DNA of 64,000 bases from a virus. The position numbers and the translations under genes were made by a program. The notes beneath the pieces are model-generated. The model made no database searches. It was not told where the DNA came from and saw only the letters and a program-made list of their open reading frames with translations. Where the stretch lies: positions 64,001 to 128,000 of the IMG/VR virus record IMGVR_UViG_3300023235_000012; one strand, written 5' to 3'. Of the stretch, positions 9,212 through 18,595 are shown piece after piece (positions within the stretch are counted from its first letter, which is position 1; each line of letters begins with the position of its first letter).

Positions 9212-10465
9212 TCAAGAAAATAGTTCTCTGAAAACCGGATAGATTTCATTCGGTCCGTTAATTTTTTTCATCTTGAAATTTTTAAATCTTCCCATCATCT
9301 TTTCAAAGCTTTGCCAGAGCTCTTTTTCTCCAAAGGTACCAAACATAAATGAGTCATCATCTTGTTCTAATTGGATATAAGCATAATATTGGACAAGAGG
9401 CATAATAGTTTCAGATAGTAACTCTTCACATTGAGCCGAATCGTTTATCCAGTTATCTCCATCCGATGCTTGAGCAAAATACAAATTCCAATCTGATGAC
9501 GGGTAACGTTTTTGAATAATTTCATGAGCTAATTTCAATGCTGTACTGGCGACGGTACCGCCTGATTCTTTCGAATGGAAAAACTCCTGTTCATCTACTT
9601 CTTTAGCACTATGAGTGTGGCGAATGAAGACAATTTCGATCTTTTCGTATTTTCGCTGTAAGAAAAGGTATAGAAGAATAAAGAATCTCTTGGCGAGATC
9701 TTTTTCATATTCTCCCATTGAGGCACTGACGTCCATGATACAAAACATCGCAGCTTTTGTAGTTGGATCTGGTTTATTTTCAAAAGAATTGAAACGTAAA
9801 TCAACATCATCTATGAACGGTACCTTTTCTCTTAGATCTTTGAGTTCTTCTAATTTCTTTTTAAGTTCTTTAGAAGAAGGATCTTTTTTAATCAACAACT
9901 CGATTTTTTCAATTTCATCATCGAACGCTGCTTGTAAAGCGATCTTGCGAGCTAGCGCTTGCTTCATTGATCTCAAAACATTCAGATTAGATGGATTTCC
10001 TACTGGAGTAAAACCTGATCTCTTTAGTTTCTGGACTTCAATGTCTTTAAGTTGAGTTTTTATTAGATCGGGTAACTCAAGATCTTCGAAGAAGAATTCT
10101 AAGAATTCTTCTCTACTGATGTTGAAGACAAAATCATCTTCACCTTCTCCATCGGATGATCCTTCTCTTCCACCTGCACCACCACATGGTGGACGTTGGA
10201 TTTCATCTCCGACAATGTGTTTTTTGTTTCCGGGGAGGACGTGATCTTTCTTTCCTCCCTTACCGTTTTGGAAGCTAGGCTCTTTAATTCCTTTAGAAGG
10301 GATCTTGATTTTATCACCCGAACCGATATCTTTGATGCTTCGTTCAGAAACGATCTGATCGACTCTTTCTTTGATTACAGCTTTGGAACGTTTGATAAAG
10401 CGTTGTCGGTTGGAAGAACTTTTGTTCTTGCCGTTTTTACGTCGATCGATTATAATTGATGACAC
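9212..10465 (-). CDS. yeaH: YeaH/YhbH (DUF444) vWA-like protein
   Basis: IIDRR, FEDLELP, MFCIMDVSASM, ESGGT, AQASDGDNW. Confidence 0.93.
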   Translation of the reverse strand: MSSIIIDRRKNGKNKSSSNRQRFIKRSKAVIKERVDQIVSERSIKDIGSGDKIKIPSKGIKEPSFQNGKGGKKDHVLPGNKKHIVGDEIQRPPCGGAGGREGSSDGEGEDDFVFNISREEFLEFFFEDLELPDLIKTQLKDIEVQKLKRSGFTPVGNPSNLNVLRSMKQALARKIALQAAFDDEIEKIELLIKKDPSSKELKKKLEELKDLREKVPFIDDVDLRFNSFENKPDPTTKAAMFCIMDVSASMGEYEKDLAKRFFILLYLFLQRKYEKIEIVFIRHTHSAKEVDEQEFFHSKESGGTVASTALKLAHEIIQKRYPSSDWNLYFAQASDGDNWINDSAQCEELLSETIMPLVQYYAYIQLEQDDDSFMFGTFGEKELWQSFEKMMGRFKNFKMKKINGPNEIYPVFRELFS

Positions 10466-10474
10466 GTTAGCTCC

Positions 10475-12415
10475 TTATGTCGATTTTTTCACGCGCATAT
10501 ACCATTCGACTAAGAGACGAGTCTGTCTCTCTGTATAACCCTTTTCCTTCATTCGTTCAACAAAATCTTTGTGCTTCTTTTCATCGTCTTCGCTTGACTT
10601 CGAACCAAAGCTAATCACTGGAAGAATGTTTTCAGTTGAACTAAACATCTTCTTCTCAATTACTTCGCGAAGCTTTTCATATGACGTCCATTTTGGATTC
10701 TTGCCTTTGTTTTTGGCGCGGAACCGTAGAGCGAAATTAACCACTTCGCCACGAAAGTCTTTTGGATTAGCGATTCCAGCAGATTTTTCAATTTTCTCTA
10801 GTTCGTCATTTAATGCAGAACGTTCAAACATTTCACCGGTATCATGATCCTTATAATCTTTATCATCAATCCAGTGATCAGCATAATCAATGTAACGATC
10901 AAACAAATTCTGTCCGTATTCTGAATAGCTTTCGAGATAAGCAATTTGAATTTCTTTACCGATATATTCTGCATATTTGTCTTTGAGATATTCGTTAAGG
11001 AAGCCGATGTATTGTTCTTCGGTTTCCGTCGAGAATTGTTCCTTGATTATACTTTCTTCTAAAACTCGCAAAAGATGTACTGGATTAGCACCAATCTCTT
11101 CTGGATCATAATTGAACACCTTTGACAAAATTTTGAACGCAAAGCGAGTTGACAATCCTGACATACCTTCATCAACACCACCTACGTCTCGGTATTCTGA
11201 GATTGACTTAGCTCGAGGATCAACGTCTTTCAAATTTTCACCATCATAAATTCTCATCTTCGAAAATAAACTGCTATTTTCTGGAATCTTGAGGCGGGAT
11301 AAAATGGCCATCTGTGCCATCATCTCTAATGTCTTTGGCGTGCAGGGAGCGTTCGCCAGAGAAGAGCTTGCCAACAGCTTTTCGTAGATCTCCTGCTCTT
11401 CAGTTGTCCGCAAGCAATAGGGAACCTTGACGATGTAAATACGGTCGAGAAAGGCTTCATTGTTTTTGTTGTTTCTAAACGTCGTCCATTCTGATTCATT
11501 CGAGTGGGCCAGGATCACACCATGAAAAGGAATAGCACCAATGTTTTCAGTTCCGATATAATTCCCTTCTTGTGTCGCCGTGAGTAACGGATGCAATACC
11601 TTGATCGGGGCTTTGAACATTTCCACGAATTCCAATACCCCTTGGTTTGCCCGGCATAGCCCACCATCATAAGAATAGCAATCCGGGTCATTCTGTGCGA
11701 ATTTGTTCAATTTTCTGATATCAACCTTACCAACCAAGGCACTGATATCCTGGTTATTCTCATCACCTGGTTCAGTCTTTGAGATTGCAATCTGATTAAG
11801 CTTAGATGGATTCAAACGAACCACCTTGAACTTGCTGATATCACCATCAAAATCTTCACGAAGCCTCTTGTTCGCCCATGGACTCATTAGTCCATTTAGG
11901 TATCGACTTGGAATATTATATTCTTTCTCGAGTCGATCGGTCCATTGTTCAGGATCGAATAGCCCTAGCGGACTTTCGAAAATGGGACTAGTGGAGTCGT
12001 CTGTCGCCAGAGCATAAATTGGAAAACTTTCAGCCAAAGATTTGATTCTTTCTGCGAGGCTTGATTTTCCTCCACCGACTGGCCCTAGGAGATAGAGGAT
12101 CTGCTTCTTTTCTTCGAGTCCTTGTGCTGCGTGCTTGAAATAACCGACGATCTGTTCAACAGTGTCTTCCATCCCGTAGAAATCTTTGAAGGAAGGATAA
12201 ACCTTAATGGTCCGATTATTAAAGACGCGACTAAATCGAGCGTCGTCGCTGGTGTCTACCATTTCTGGTTCACCAATAGCTTTCAACATTCTTTCTGCTG
12301 CTGTTGCGTAGGTTGATGGGTCTTCTTTGCACAGCTTTAAATATTCCTGTATTGTAAGTTCTTCTTGCTTCTTAGTATCATAGTGACTCTTGAAATCTTG
12401 AAAGATATTGGTCAT
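10475..12415 (-). CDS. yeaG: PrkA/YeaG AAA+ ATPase (annotated serine kinase)
   Basis: LEEKKQILYLLGPVGGGKSS, KTEPGDENNQDIS, EFVEMFK, AHSNESEW. Confidence 0.95.
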   Translation of the reverse strand: MTNIFQDFKSHYDTKKQEELTIQEYLKLCKEDPSTYATAAERMLKAIGEPEMVDTSDDARFSRVFNNRTIKVYPSFKDFYGMEDTVEQIVGYFKHAAQGLEEKKQILYLLGPVGGGKSSLAERIKSLAESFPIYALATDDSTSPIFESPLGLFDPEQWTDRLEKEYNIPSRYLNGLMSPWANKRLREDFDGDISKFKVVRLNPSKLNQIAISKTEPGDENNQDISALVGKVDIRKLNKFAQNDPDCYSYDGGLCRANQGVLEFVEMFKAPIKVLHPLLTATQEGNYIGTENIGAIPFHGVILAHSNESEWTTFRNNKNNEAFLDRIYIVKVPYCLRTTEEQEIYEKLLASSSLANAPCTPKTLEMMAQMAILSRLKIPENSSLFSKMRIYDGENLKDVDPRAKSISEYRDVGGVDEGMSGLSTRFAFKILSKVFNYDPEEIGANPVHLLRVLEESIIKEQFSTETEEQYIGFLNEYLKDKYAEYIGKEIQIAYLESYSEYGQNLFDRYIDYADHWIDDKDYKDHDTGEMFERSALNDELEKIEKSAGIANPKDFRGEVVNFALRFRAKNKGKNPKWTSYEKLREVIEKKMFSSTENILPVISFGSKSSEDDEKKHKDFVERMKEKGYTERQTRLLVEWYMRVKKST

Positions 12416-12453
12416 CTTTTCTCCATTCGGTCTTTAAATTAATTCATTTCTAT

Positions 12454-13227
12454 TTAGTCGCCTAAGTCAGCGACCCGACGCTCAATTTCTTTTTCTATTG
12501 TAGAATAAAGATCCGGGTCGAATCTTTCATCTTTTGGATTTAATGAATCCATATTATCACACATCCAGACGAAATAACCGGTCGGAATGTCTTTCAACAG
12601 TTTTCCTTTATGTTTTCCAAAAGGAAATCGGGCGAATACATATCGCTGCCAACAGAGATCAATCAATTCTTCATCAGATAAATCTTCGTAGTCATTCTTA
12701 CGAAGTTGATTGAATAATCGCAAAGCCATCCATACATCAGCTTCTGCGCGGTGGACTGTATCTGCTTCTGGAACATCCAGATTGAAAAACTCAATAGCCG
12801 CTGGAAGATTCGTGTATTTTAGGCGAGGTTTGTGTCCGTGAGCCCGTCGCAACAGTCGATTGGTACAGAGCCAATTTTCTCTAGAAAGCCATTCGGTGTC
12901 TTTTTCGGTTAGGCCGGCGAAATCAAGGTTGTTTCGAATAACTGGCATGTCGTACGGTGCGTGATGAGCGACGTATATTGGGTTATCTCCTGGACGGAGA
13001 AGCTTAATCACATCTTCGATTTTTTCAAAGAAAGTAGGTTGATCTTTAACCATTTCCTCATCAATACCTGTCAATTTCTGTACGTTTTCTGGAATACCTT
13101 CAACCGGGCGAAGAAGAAACGATTCCATTGTCTCTGTCTCTACATCACAAACGGCGATCTCAATAATCTCAGCTGTCTTCACGTTAAGACCGGTCGTTTC
13201 GGTGTCTACTACCAGGATAGGTCGCAT
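12454..13227 (-). CDS. DEDDh 3'-5' exonuclease (epsilon/ExoX-like)
   Basis: VDTETTG, AHHAPYD, HRAEADV, C-terminal FPFGKHKG. Confidence 0.88.
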   Translation of the reverse strand: MRPILVVDTETTGLNVKTAEIIEIAVCDVETETMESFLLRPVEGIPENVQKLTGIDEEMVKDQPTFFEKIEDVIKLLRPGDNPIYVAHHAPYDMPVIRNNLDFAGLTEKDTEWLSRENWLCTNRLLRRAHGHKPRLKYTNLPAAIEFFNLDVPEADTVHRAEADVWMALRLFNQLRKNDYEDLSDEELIDLCWQRYVFARFPFGKHKGKLLKDIPTGYFVWMCDNMDSLNPKDERFDPDLYSTIEKEIERRVADLGD

Positions 13228-13451
13228 CGTCGACTCCTTATTTTATCACGTCTTTTTGTATATAATGTTTCAATATTTCTAAAAAACACAAGAGTCCAAA
13301 GATGTTCTTGAAAAGATACAGACCAGATTCCGCCTATTTCTTTTCTATTTATCATCGCTATTCTTTCTTTGTAAGTTTTTTCATTGCAATATAAAAACCA
13401 AATTAAAAACAATATTAGGCTAGAAAGAACGACCACCCAAAAGAAAAACAT
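13209..13451 (-). CDS. Small membrane protein
   Basis: Hydrophobic N-terminal helix. Confidence 0.5.
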   Translation of the reverse strand: MFFFWVVVLSSLILFLIWFLYCNEKTYKERIAMINRKEIGGIWSVSFQEHLWTLVFFRNIETLYTKRRDKIRSRRCDLSW

Positions 13452-13611
13452 TCAACACTGCTCCTCGATTTCAGTTTCAAAACCAAGCTCTTCAAGAAGA
13501 GCTTGCAACGCTAAGGTCCCATTGTCTTCTTCATTATGATTCCACGAAAATCTTTTCTCATTTGGAAGTATGATTTCCCATCCATCATATTGTAATCCAA
13601 TCGTTATTTTT

Positions 13612-14013
13612 TCAGTCATTATTCAACACTCCTTTAATTATTTCTCTTGCTTGTTTTGGTTTGATAAGCTGACCATAAAGAGGAGCTGAAAGCTTCTTCG
13701 AAACAATCTTCAAGGCAGATTTTCGTTCGTGCCTGTTTCCATTTTCCATAAGCCATTTATATTCCGCTTGATGAGCTGGAATTTCTTCCTGGATTCTGAA
13801 GACCGGATCTTCGATGTATCGTGCCCACCAACCTTCTACGTCGGGTTTTTGTCGGGCACCATGAATTTCTTCATGGGAGATGAGCTCGGCGGGAATATGA
13901 ATCCTATTCGGATTATAAATTTTGTCTCCCCATGCGAAGATAACAGTTTTAGTAATCGGAAAAACCTTTATCAATTCATCAAAATTTGGAGGATAGTCTT
14001 CAATTATTTTCAT
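13612..14013 (-). CDS. Hypothetical HExxH (zincin-like) protein
   Basis: HEEIH and downstream EIPA. Confidence 0.6.
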   Translation of the reverse strand: MKIIEDYPPNFDELIKVFPITKTVIFAWGDKIYNPNRIHIPAELISHEEIHGARQKPDVEGWWARYIEDPVFRIQEEIPAHQAEYKWLMENGNRHERKSALKIVSKKLSAPLYGQLIKPKQAREIIKGVLNND

Positions 14014-14315
14014 TCTTCTACAACTTGTGCCGTCAAAGGAAATTCACTTTGCCGAGCTAACATGATCGTTTCTGCTGCTTTTGTTTCGGCAATTTCCAGT
14101 GAAAAAGTTCCGGCAATGCCTTTACCTTTCTCGTGAATTTCTCGTGTGATGTTGAACGCCTCTGAATCGGTTTTATGGAAAACAAATGATAACAGACCAA
14201 TCACAAATGCCATAGTGGTATAGTCATCATTTAAAAGAATAACATGATAATTCTTTGGTTTTTGAACCTTCGATTTTGTTTTAGTCTTCTTATCTATTAC
14301 TGTTTCATCAGTCAT
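14010..14315 (-). CDS. clpS: N-degron adaptor ClpS
   Basis: YHVILLNDDYTTMAFV, IHEKGKGIAG, EIAETK, FPL. Confidence 0.93.
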   Translation of the reverse strand: MTDETVIDKKTKTKSKVQKPKNYHVILLNDDYTTMAFVIGLLSFVFHKTDSEAFNITREIHEKGKGIAGTFSLEIAETKAAETIMLARQSEFPLTAQVVEE

Positions 14316-14389
14316 ATTTTCTCACTTTCTCACTTTCTATAATAGATAGTAACACTTGATTAGAAGAAAATCAATTATTTTCGTTATAA

Positions 14390-14554
14390 TTAAAAATCAT
14401 GCCAATCAGTTGGATTAAGACCTTGAGGTGCGCGGCGCTGTCTGTGTGCACAACTTCTACAAAATCTCCAACGATATCCGTTTGTATAATTATCATCTTC
14501 ATCGTATGGATGAATACCAAAAAAACATTTGAGATCTTCCCATATTTTTTTCAT
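14390..14554 (-). CDS. Small C/H zinc-ribbon-like protein (54 aa)
   Basis: Hand translation MKKIWEDLKCFFGIH...RFCRSC...; below ORF-track cutoff. Confidence 0.6.
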   Translation of the reverse strand: MKKIWEDLKCFFGIHPYDEDDNYTNGYRWRFCRSCAHRQRRAPQGLNPTDWHDF

Positions 14555-14587
14555 CTTGGGTGTTTCCTTTCTATAAGCTTCTTCGAA

Positions 14588-14622
14588 TCTAGTGTCTAGT
14601 GTCTAGTGTCTAGTGTCTAGTG
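14588..14622. repeat. Perfect heptamer tandem repeat (TCTAGTG)x5
   Basis: Read directly from sequence. Confidence 0.95.
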
Positions 14623-14695
14623 TATCGCCCATATCACAAATCCTTCTCGATGTTTTATTGTAATAACACGAACATCTTAGAAATCAAGAAGAAAA

Positions 14696-15193
14696 TTAGT
14701 CGTCTTTTTTATATTCGGCTCTAAGATCTTCTTTGTACTCTCGAATTAATATTATCTCATTGTTAAACTCTGGAAGATCGTCCACCTTAATGTCTCCGGC
14801 ATCATAACTGAAAGTAAGATGAGGCTTGTAATCTGGAAAATCAGAAGTCGCTTCATGCTCAGTCATAAGTGTTTGATTTCTTTCTTTGATTTCTGGGCAA
14901 TCAATTTTCAAAACAAGACAATTTGGATTTCCTTCGATATGAGTACTAGTCCAGATGTCAAACCTATCGGATTTAGCAGTGATCGGATATATATCCCGTG
15001 CAGCTTTATAGTTTGGGCACGGCTTCTTAGAATAAAGAAGAGTGATGTGTAGCTTCTCTGAAGTTAGTGCATTCTGAATCTTATTTTTATCCATATATTC
15101 TTTGATATGATCCAATGTTTCTTCTGCAAGATGGATTCCGACGAAAGTTCCCGGTTGTTCTGTTTCCATAATCAATAATTCCTTAATCTTCAT
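14696..15193 (-). CDS. acb1: 2H phosphoesterase, Acb1/T4 gp57B-like anti-CBASS nuclease
   Basis: Two HxT motifs in Acb1-like context: LHITLLYS and YKPHLTFSY. Confidence 0.8.
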   Translation of the reverse strand: MKIKELLIMETEQPGTFVGIHLAEETLDHIKEYMDKNKIQNALTSEKLHITLLYSKKPCPNYKAARDIYPITAKSDRFDIWTSTHIEGNPNCLVLKIDCPEIKERNQTLMTEHEATSDFPDYKPHLTFSYDAGDIKVDDLPEFNNEIILIREYKEDLRAEYKKDD

Positions 15194-15205
15194 TATTTTT
15201 CCTCG

Positions 15206-15865
15206 TTAACTAACGATACCTAATTCTTCTATGGTCAAGCGATTTCCAAATACAGCACCAGTATCAATAAATCTAGAATTACCAAGTTGTTTGGTTGACT
15301 GTAGCGGGGTATGTCCATGATACGTCATGAAGATATTCTTGATGATAAAGCTGTCATTGTGACTAATTTTTGAACGCGACCATAGAACATCATGTTCATA
15401 GGCAAATGGTTCTTCATGCAATTTTGACCAATCATCTACTGCGGGATCTGCATGCGTAATTCCTATTAAACCAGATAAGGTCTCGACCTCAAAAACTAAT
15501 GGCAAATTCTTAGCATATTCAAAACATCTTCGTATTTTTTCTTGATCAATATTAAGCATCCATTCTCCACCATTATGAACATGATGCTGGATTTTTTGTC
15601 CATATGCAGTCTCATCAATAATAGCGTCCATCATCATTAATTCATGATTCCCCATCACCGAATGAAACCATTCATTTTCTAATAATAACAAACATTCAAA
15701 AGATTTTGGACCCCGATCGACTAAATCACCAACAGAAAACATTCTGTCGACGCTTGAATCAAACGAAATCTCTTGTAATTTTTCGTTGAATAAATCAAGT
15801 TCACCATGGATATCCCCGACGACGAAATCTCGGCCGTCGATGTTTTGTCGAAAACGTTTTATCAT
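15206..15865 (-). CDS. Ser/Thr protein phosphatase (lambda NinI/PrpA-like)
   Basis: GDIHG, GDLVDRG, GNHE, HGHTP, IDTGAV. Confidence 0.9.
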   Translation of the reverse strand: MIKRFRQNIDGRDFVVGDIHGELDLFNEKLQEISFDSSVDRMFSVGDLVDRGPKSFECLLLLENEWFHSVMGNHELMMMDAIIDETAYGQKIQHHVHNGGEWMLNIDQEKIRRCFEYAKNLPLVFEVETLSGLIGITHADPAVDDWSKLHEEPFAYEHDVLWSRSKISHNDSFIIKNIFMTYHGHTPLQSTKQLGNSRFIDTGAVFGNRLTIEELGIVS

Positions 15866-16109
15866 AGAAGATTTTCCAAGATGAACTCTTTCAAATCTTC
15901 AATAGTGTGACAGTTCTCTAATCGATCGAGTAAAAGTTCGCACCTTACACAATACTTTTTCAGTCCACTCTATCTGGGATTCGCATTGGATATATTTTTC
16001 ATTCATGATTAATTCCAGTTAATACAACAATATAAAAATGACAGGCGAAACAGCGAGCATCAGCAACACACAGGTGATCTTCATATCAATATCCCACCAC
16101 GGGTTGTAG

Positions 16110-16289
16110 TTACTTCTTTTCATTCTTTGCTGCTTGAATTTCTTTACGACGAACGTCTGCTAGCTTCTTAATTTCCATCAAAGCTTTTCGTGCACGTGTT
16201 CCAGCAGCGCTGTTCTTTTTGTCTTCAAATTTCTCGTTTTCTGCTAGAAAGAGTTCAACTTGTTCTGCTAGTTGTGTCGTGGTTGTCAT
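16110..16289 (-). CDS. Small basic histone H1-like (Hc1-like) DNA-binding protein, 59 aa
   Basis: Hand translation ...ENEKFEDKKNSAAGTRARKALMEIKKLADVRRKEIQ; AGGAG SD. Confidence 0.7.
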   Translation of the reverse strand: MTTTTQLAEQVELFLAENEKFEDKKNSAAGTRARKALMEIKKLADVRRKEIQAAKNEKK

Positions 16290-16290
16290 G

Positions 16291-16689
16291 TTATCTCCTT
16301 TTGATTATTTGGACCTCAACTGGGCCTCTTGGTTTTCGTGAGATTTGAGGTTTCTTTCTGTTTCTTCTATTGTATTCGTTCCTAATTTTTCTCTCGTCAA
16401 TTTGACTTATCGGTAGAATAATCCCTATCGTTTTAAGATCATTCATCGCTTGTTCGTATGGTTGAAGTTTAAATAATGTTCTAACCCATCCTGTCACGTT
16501 CAAAAGATCTGTACGATTAACATTTAAAGTTAATGCATTATTCAATTTCTTTCTTTCGAAAAACTTAGCAATTATGATTATTTCACTTGTTAATAAACCT
16601 TCTCTGTTTTTCCTCTTTTCGATAGCTCCCAGATGATTTAGATACTTATTTTTCTTTTTTGCGTCTGGATCTAAAAATCTAATTTCCAT
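16291..16689 (-). CDS. Basic hypothetical protein
   Basis: ORF preceded by TAAATA late-type motif. Confidence 0.6.
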   Translation of the reverse strand: MEIRFLDPDAKKKNKYLNHLGAIEKRKNREGLLTSEIIIIAKFFERKKLNNALTLNVNRTDLLNVTGWVRTLFKLQPYEQAMNDLKTIGIILPISQIDERKIRNEYNRRNRKKPQISRKPRGPVEVQIIKRR

Positions 16690-16724
16690 TTTTCTTCCTA
16701 TTTTTATTCCTATTTCTACTCTAT

Positions 16725-17186
16725 TTATATGGAAGCATCTTCGATCCCAGCCGAGCGAAGACGAATAATATTATTCAATTGGAAACCTTTAGCTTCAAAT
16801 CCTTTGGTAAGAGCCAAGAATTTATTTCGGATCAAAGCTACCTCATTTAGTAATATCTGAAGTTCGACAATTTCTGCTTCGCCGTCGATATATTTGTCAA
16901 TATCTCTAGACGTCAATTGTCTTTTATAATTCTCTAAATATTTCTTATAAAGAGAAGATCTTTCTCTTCTGAGATCAATGTTTAAGAATTCGAGAACAGC
17001 TTCGATCTCTTGTAATTGACGATAGCGGTATTCAAATTCACCTGGCAATCTAGCTGAATTATCTTCAATACGTCCTTCAAGTTTTACTTCCTTGGTTGCA
17101 TCTTGATATTCTTTTTCAAAATACTCCACAAAGGGAAGAATATTATTGTAAGACTCCTGAATTTTATAAACCCAGCCTGACATCAA
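16725..17186 (-). CDS. uvsY: UvsY-like recombination mediator
   Basis: Helical protein, YLENY..LTSRD..KYIDGE, near uvsX. Confidence 0.7.
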   Translation of the reverse strand: MMSGWVYKIQESYNNILPFVEYFEKEYQDATKEVKLEGRIEDNSARLPGEFEYRYRQLQEIEAVLEFLNIDLRRERSSLYKKYLENYKRQLTSRDIDKYIDGEAEIVELQILLNEVALIRNKFLALTKGFEAKGFQLNNIIRLRSAGIEDASI

Positions 17187-17410
17187 TAATCCACGTCATA
17201 TTCGTCATCGGGATCTTCTTCTATCTTCGTTTTTTCTTCTATGGCTTCATCTAGAAAGCTACAGCGTCCATGAACTTCTTCAAAACGACTCACATCAATT
17301 CCACAATCCTCAAATATTTCAACAAATCGAAAAGCAGCTTCTTCAAGCTCTTTATCGGTAGTATGTGCCATAAAAAGCTGCCAAAGATCAATAAACAATT
17401 CTTCTTGCAT
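17183..17410 (-). CDS. Acidic hypothetical protein
   Basis: Overlaps uvsX stop and uvsY start. Confidence 0.6.
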   Translation of the reverse strand: MQEELFIDLWQLFMAHTTDKELEEAAFRFVEIFEDCGIDVSRFEEVHGRCSFLDEAIEEKTKIEEDPDDEYDVDY

Positions 17411-18489
17411 TATTCCTCCAAAACTTCACCGGTTTCCGGATCGATTTCTTCTGTTTGTTTAACTTCTGGTTCATCATATCCAGCCATCATTTTGTCAAAA
17501 ATTTCAGGTCCATAATTCTTGCGGAAATCTTTAAATTCAGTACCATCTGGACTATTGTACTTATACCGATTTCCTTCTTTGATAATCAGACCTTTCTTCT
17601 CAAACAAATCGAACAAACCCGAATATGGATCCATTCCTGTTTCCCAAGGAATTCTGATTTCAATCTTCTCAAAGGGTTTCGCATAACGAGACTTTCTAAC
17701 TTGTGTCGATGCGCGGATACCAGTAACGTTTGTTACCTTGTTTCCATTTGCATCTTCCTTTAGCTTTAATTTTTCAAGTGCAACGATGATTGAACTTGCA
17801 AATTCAATAATCTTCCCACCAGTGATAACTGAATCAGGTCTGAACATGTCCTGTGAATCATATGTATGATTTGTGACCACCAATCCAATGTTCTCCGAGC
17901 CGATAAGAGCAGTGACATTCTTTACCAATGATCCAAGCTGTTTAGCTTTTCGACCCATATCACCTTTCATATCACCTTTCTGAAATTGATCCTGATCGGT
18001 CGGTGTTAATAGCATCCCAATAGAATCAACGACGAAGAGTAGCATTGGTCGATCTTCAAGTGGAAGATTGCCATATTCTCCCTTGTACTCTTTGATAAAA
18101 TCATTGATGAACTTGGCGACATCATCGATAAAACTAGCATTAATCTTCATGATTTTATCAGGACTAGTATCGACTCCTAGTTTTGTAAGCCATTCTTCAT
18201 CTAGAGCGTTTTCACTATCAATGATTACCGGGAAGATGCCTTTCTTTTGTGCATCTTTTACCAAATTTGCTGAGACGATATACGACTTTCCTGAACCCGA
18301 TGATCCGGCAAACATTGTCATCTTTCCTTCAAGAGGAACACCCCCATCCCATCTTCCAGAAATCAGAAAATTAAGGGCATAACTTCCGGTATCTAGCCAG
18401 GTTTTTGGATCATTAAAACCTTCACTAATTCCACCGATCCCCTTAGTTACTGACTTGCGAAATTTTGAAATATCAACTGGTTTTGTGAT
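17410..18489 (-). CDS. uvsX: UvsX/RecA-like recombinase with non-AUG (ATC) start
   Basis: AGSSGSGKS, IDSENA, VVDSIG, VTNHTY; frame open 56 codons upstream of the track start (TKPVDISKFRKS...DTGSYALN); AAGGAGGT SD before ATC 18489. Confidence 0.88.
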   Translation of the reverse strand: MTKPVDISKFRKSVTKGIGGISEGFNDPKTWLDTGSYALNFLISGRWDGGVPLEGKMTMFAGSSGSGKSYIVSANLVKDAQKKGIFPVIIDSENALDEEWLTKLGVDTSPDKIMKINASFIDDVAKFINDFIKEYKGEYGNLPLEDRPMLLFVVDSIGMLLTPTDQDQFQKGDMKGDMGRKAKQLGSLVKNVTALIGSENIGLVVTNHTYDSQDMFRPDSVITGGKIIEFASSIIVALEKLKLKEDANGNKVTNVTGIRASTQVRKSRYAKPFEKIEIRIPWETGMDPYSGLFDLFEKKGLIIKEGNRYKYNSPDGTEFKDFRKNYGPEIFDKMMAGYDEPEVKQTEEIDPETGEVLEE

Positions 18490-18595
18490 TATAACCTCCT
18501 TCTGTCTATTGTCAGACAGGTATTACGATAAAGAAAAGATCATTGATCTTTTCTTTTGAAAAGATGACAAGGGAATTAACCCCTGCCATCTGATT

